From contig JAYUVP010000216.1 of NCBI GenBank assembly GCA_043753995.1, positions 1 through 19,781 on the forward strand: a stretch of DNA of 19,781 bases, read 5' to 3'. The DNA is from Fibrobacterota bacterium (lineage in GTDB: Bacteria > Fibrobacterota > Fibrobacteria > UBA11236). The notes under the pieces were generated by a model. The model was not told where the DNA came from. It saw only the letters and a list, made by a program, of their open reading frames with translations, and did no database searches. Below are positions 17,714 through 19,781 of this stretch, piece after piece. The translations under genes were made by a program, and so were the position numbers. How positions within the stretch are numbered: position 1 is the first letter of the stretch; every line of letters begins with the position of its first letter.

Positions 17714-19781
17714 ATGCTTTCCTTGAAGGCTTCGCCCACCAAGGTGGAATTGGAATCGGCCATCGCCCAACTCGGCGCCTCACTCTGGCAAGGCATGCAG
17801 GGGGAGGTGCCAGGCATTTTCAATGCCGATTTCTGGCAGGGTAAATTGCTGGAATGGGCCATGAAGGATCCGGGCTTTCGCGTGGATTTATTTCGCTTCG
17901 TCGATGTATTGCCGGCCTTAAAGAATCGCAAGCAAGTCTTCGCGCATTTGAAAGACTATTTGCTGCGCGAGGATCGTGAATTGCCTACGGTATTGTCGGT
18001 TGCCCTGAAGGCGGCTTCGGGCGGACTCACGGGCGTGGTGGCCGTCGAAGTCATCAAGCGCAACTTGGTGAAAATGGCCGAGAATTTCATTGTTGGAGAA
18101 AACCCTAAACAGGCTCTCGGCATTCTGAAAAAGCTGCATCAACAGGGAATAGGCTTCACCGCCGATTTGCTGGGCGAAGCGACCTTGACCGCGGCCGAGG
18201 GGGAGGAGTATCTCCAGCGTTACGGCGATTTGATCGAAGCCCTGGCCGAGGAAACTCGTCATTGGCGAGAAGACAAGGTCTTGACGCGATCGCATTTGGG
18301 GGCCATGCCCTTGGTCAATGTGTCCATCAAGCTTTCGGCCTTGGATGGGCGTCTGGATCCGGTGAATGGCCCGGCTGCCGCAGCGCGTTTGGCGGCGCGA
18401 CTGAAACCGCTTTTCCTCATGGCAAGGCAAAGGAATATTGCCATCAATGTGGACATGGAAAGCTGGGCCACCCATGCCTTGACCTATGATTGCTTCGAGG
18501 CCTTGGCCCTCGATCCGGATCTTAGGGATTGGCCCTTCCTGGGTGTGGTGGTGCAAGCCTATTTGAAGCAAGCCCCAGAGGATTTGCTGCGTCTCGAACG
18601 CCTTGCGGTGCGGCGCGGAGTGCCATTAGCCGTACGCCTTGTGAAGGGCGCGTATTGGGATTATGAGTTTGCGCTATCGCAACAGCGAGGTTACCCTTGC
18701 CCCGTCCTGATTGGCAAGAGCGCGGTGGATGCTCAATACGAAAAGCTGTCGCGCGATTTGCTCGATCGCTTTGAACGATTGCAACCCGCCTTTGGCAGCC
18801 ACAATTTGCGATCCTTGGTGCATGCCTTGGCTTATGCGGAATGCCGGGGAATTCCACGCGAGGCCTATGAAGTGCAAATGCTTTATGGCATGGCCGAGCC
18901 AGAGCGCAAGGTCCTGCGTGATCGAGGGCAACGCGTTCGGGTCTATGCTCCCGTGGGAGCCTTGCTTCCCGGCATGGCCTATCTCGTGCGTCGGTTATTG
19001 GAGAACACTTCGAACACGGGATTTTTGCGTCAGACCTATCACGAGCATGTCCGCGTAGAAACCCTGCTGGCCTCTCCCGAAGAAGTCCCGGAATCAGAGG
19101 CGGGAAAAAATGTGTTTAAAAGTAGGGGGCAGACCTTTCGTAATTGTGATCTGCTTGACTTCGCGAATCCGGAAATTCACAATCGCTTCGCTCAGGCCGT
19201 GAAAGAGGGGCGGAGGGCAGAGTCGATGCCTCCGTCGGTGATTCCACTAGTGATTGGCGGTCAGCGAATAGTGCGTCCAGGCGACTTTACTTGGTATTCT
19301 CCGAATGATATTCGCTATGCTGTGGCGAATATTACTATGGCAACTTCGGAGGAAAGCGAGCAGGCCGTGATTGCGGCAACTGAAGCGTATCCAGCCTGGG
19401 AAGCCAAGCCCTGGCGCGAACGGGCCATGCTATTGGAGCGCTTGGGCGAGGAGTTGCAGCGCAACCGCTATGCTCTTGCCGCCTTGCAAGTCACGGAAGT
19501 CGCTAAACCATGGGCCGAAGCGGATGCCGATGTGGCTGAGGCCATCGATTTTTGCCGTTACTATGCCCAACGTGCCGCCGTGGAAATGGCGGAAGAAAGC
19601 TTGGACTCTCCCGCAGGTGAAGCCAATGTTTTGCGCTGGCAGGGTAGGGGTGTTTGCGCGGTCATTGCGCCATGGAATTTTCCGCTGGCGATATTGACGG
19701 GCATGGCGGCGGCGGCCTTGGTGGCGGGAAATACCGTGATACTCAAGCCTGCGGAGCAAAGCAGCGCTACTGGCTATGCTT
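17714..19781 (+). CDS. putA: Bifunctional proline dehydrogenase / glutamate-semialdehyde (P5C) dehydrogenase, 3'-truncated by the window edge; not in the ORF track
   Basis: Translated by hand from ATG 17714 (GAGGTG SD). PRODH motifs: LFRFVDVLPAL, DLLGEA, SIKLSAL, VDMES, VVQAYL, VRLVKGAYWDYE, GSHN, QMLYGM, AYLVRRLLENTSN. ALDH motifs: EADADVAEAIDFCRYY, VIAPWNFPLAI, GNTVILKPAEQ. The frame stays open to the end. Confidence 0.97.
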   Translation, partial: MLSLKASPTKVELESAIAQLGASLWQGMQGEVPGIFNADFWQGKLLEWAMKDPGFRVDLFRFVDVLPALKNRKQVFAHLKDYLLREDRELPTVLSVALKAASGGLTGVVAVEVIKRNLVKMAENFIVGENPKQALGILKKLHQQGIGFTADLLGEATLTAAEGEEYLQRYGDLIEALAEETRHWREDKVLTRSHLGAMPLVNVSIKLSALDGRLDPVNGPAAAARLAARLKPLFLMARQRNIAINVDMESWATHALTYDCFEALALDPDLRDWPFLGVVVQAYLKQAPEDLLRLERLAVRRGVPLAVRLVKGAYWDYEFALSQQRGYPCPVLIGKSAVDAQYEKLSRDLLDRFERLQPAFGSHNLRSLVHALAYAECRGIPREAYEVQMLYGMAEPERKVLRDRGQRVRVYAPVGALLPGMAYLVRRLLENTSNTGFLRQTYHEHVRVETLLASPEEVPESEAGKNVFKSRGQTFRNCDLLDFANPEIHNRFAQAVKEGRRAESMPPSVIPLVIGGQRIVRPGDFTWYSPNDIRYAVANITMATSEESEQAVIAATEAYPAWEAKPWRERAMLLERLGEELQRNRYALAALQVTEVAKPWAEADADVAEAIDFCRYYAQRAAVEMAEESLDSPAGEANVLRWQGRGVCAVIAPWNFPLAILTGMAAAALVAGNTVILKPAEQSSATGYA

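Noticed and set aside
17918..19759. Short ORF-track calls on both strands across the right end
   Set aside because: All lie within the continuous putA frame, which the track omitted because its stop is outside the window.
1..19781. CRISPR arrays, tRNA/rRNA genes, IS elements, integrases or defence genes
   Set aside because: Intergenic gaps are all about 125 nt or less and show no repeat-spacer array, cloverleaf or terminal inverted repeats. All long ORFs are otherwise explained.

Overview
This is mostly a bacterial housekeeping window. Bases 1-14136 hold the ribosomal-protein supercluster on the + strand: 3' part of tuf, then the S10 block (rpsJ-rplC-rplD-rplW-rplB-rpsS-rplV-rpsC-rplP-rpmC-rpsQ), the spc block (rplN-rplX-rplE-rpsN-rpsH-rplF-rplR-rpsE-rpmD-rplO-secY) and infA-rpmJ-rpsM-rpsK-rpoA-rplQ, closed by an intrinsic terminator. 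adk/map (after secY) and rpsD (before rpoA) are missing from the cluster. Downstream are uvrC, an orphan Met-rich protein with two EF-hands, a convergent stand-alone thiE, and a divergent bifunctional putA that runs off the window. Indels in L17 and S11 suggest, by recollection only, a Fibrobacterota-like organism. The most interesting element is the EF-hand gene: it has a near-consensus sigma-28 (FliA-type) promoter, a stem-loop at the predicted transcript start and no signal peptide, making it a candidate flagellar-regulon calcium-binding protein. Several intergenic hairpins in the operon are candidate regulatory RNAs. I saw no mobile element, CRISPR array, tRNA or rRNA.
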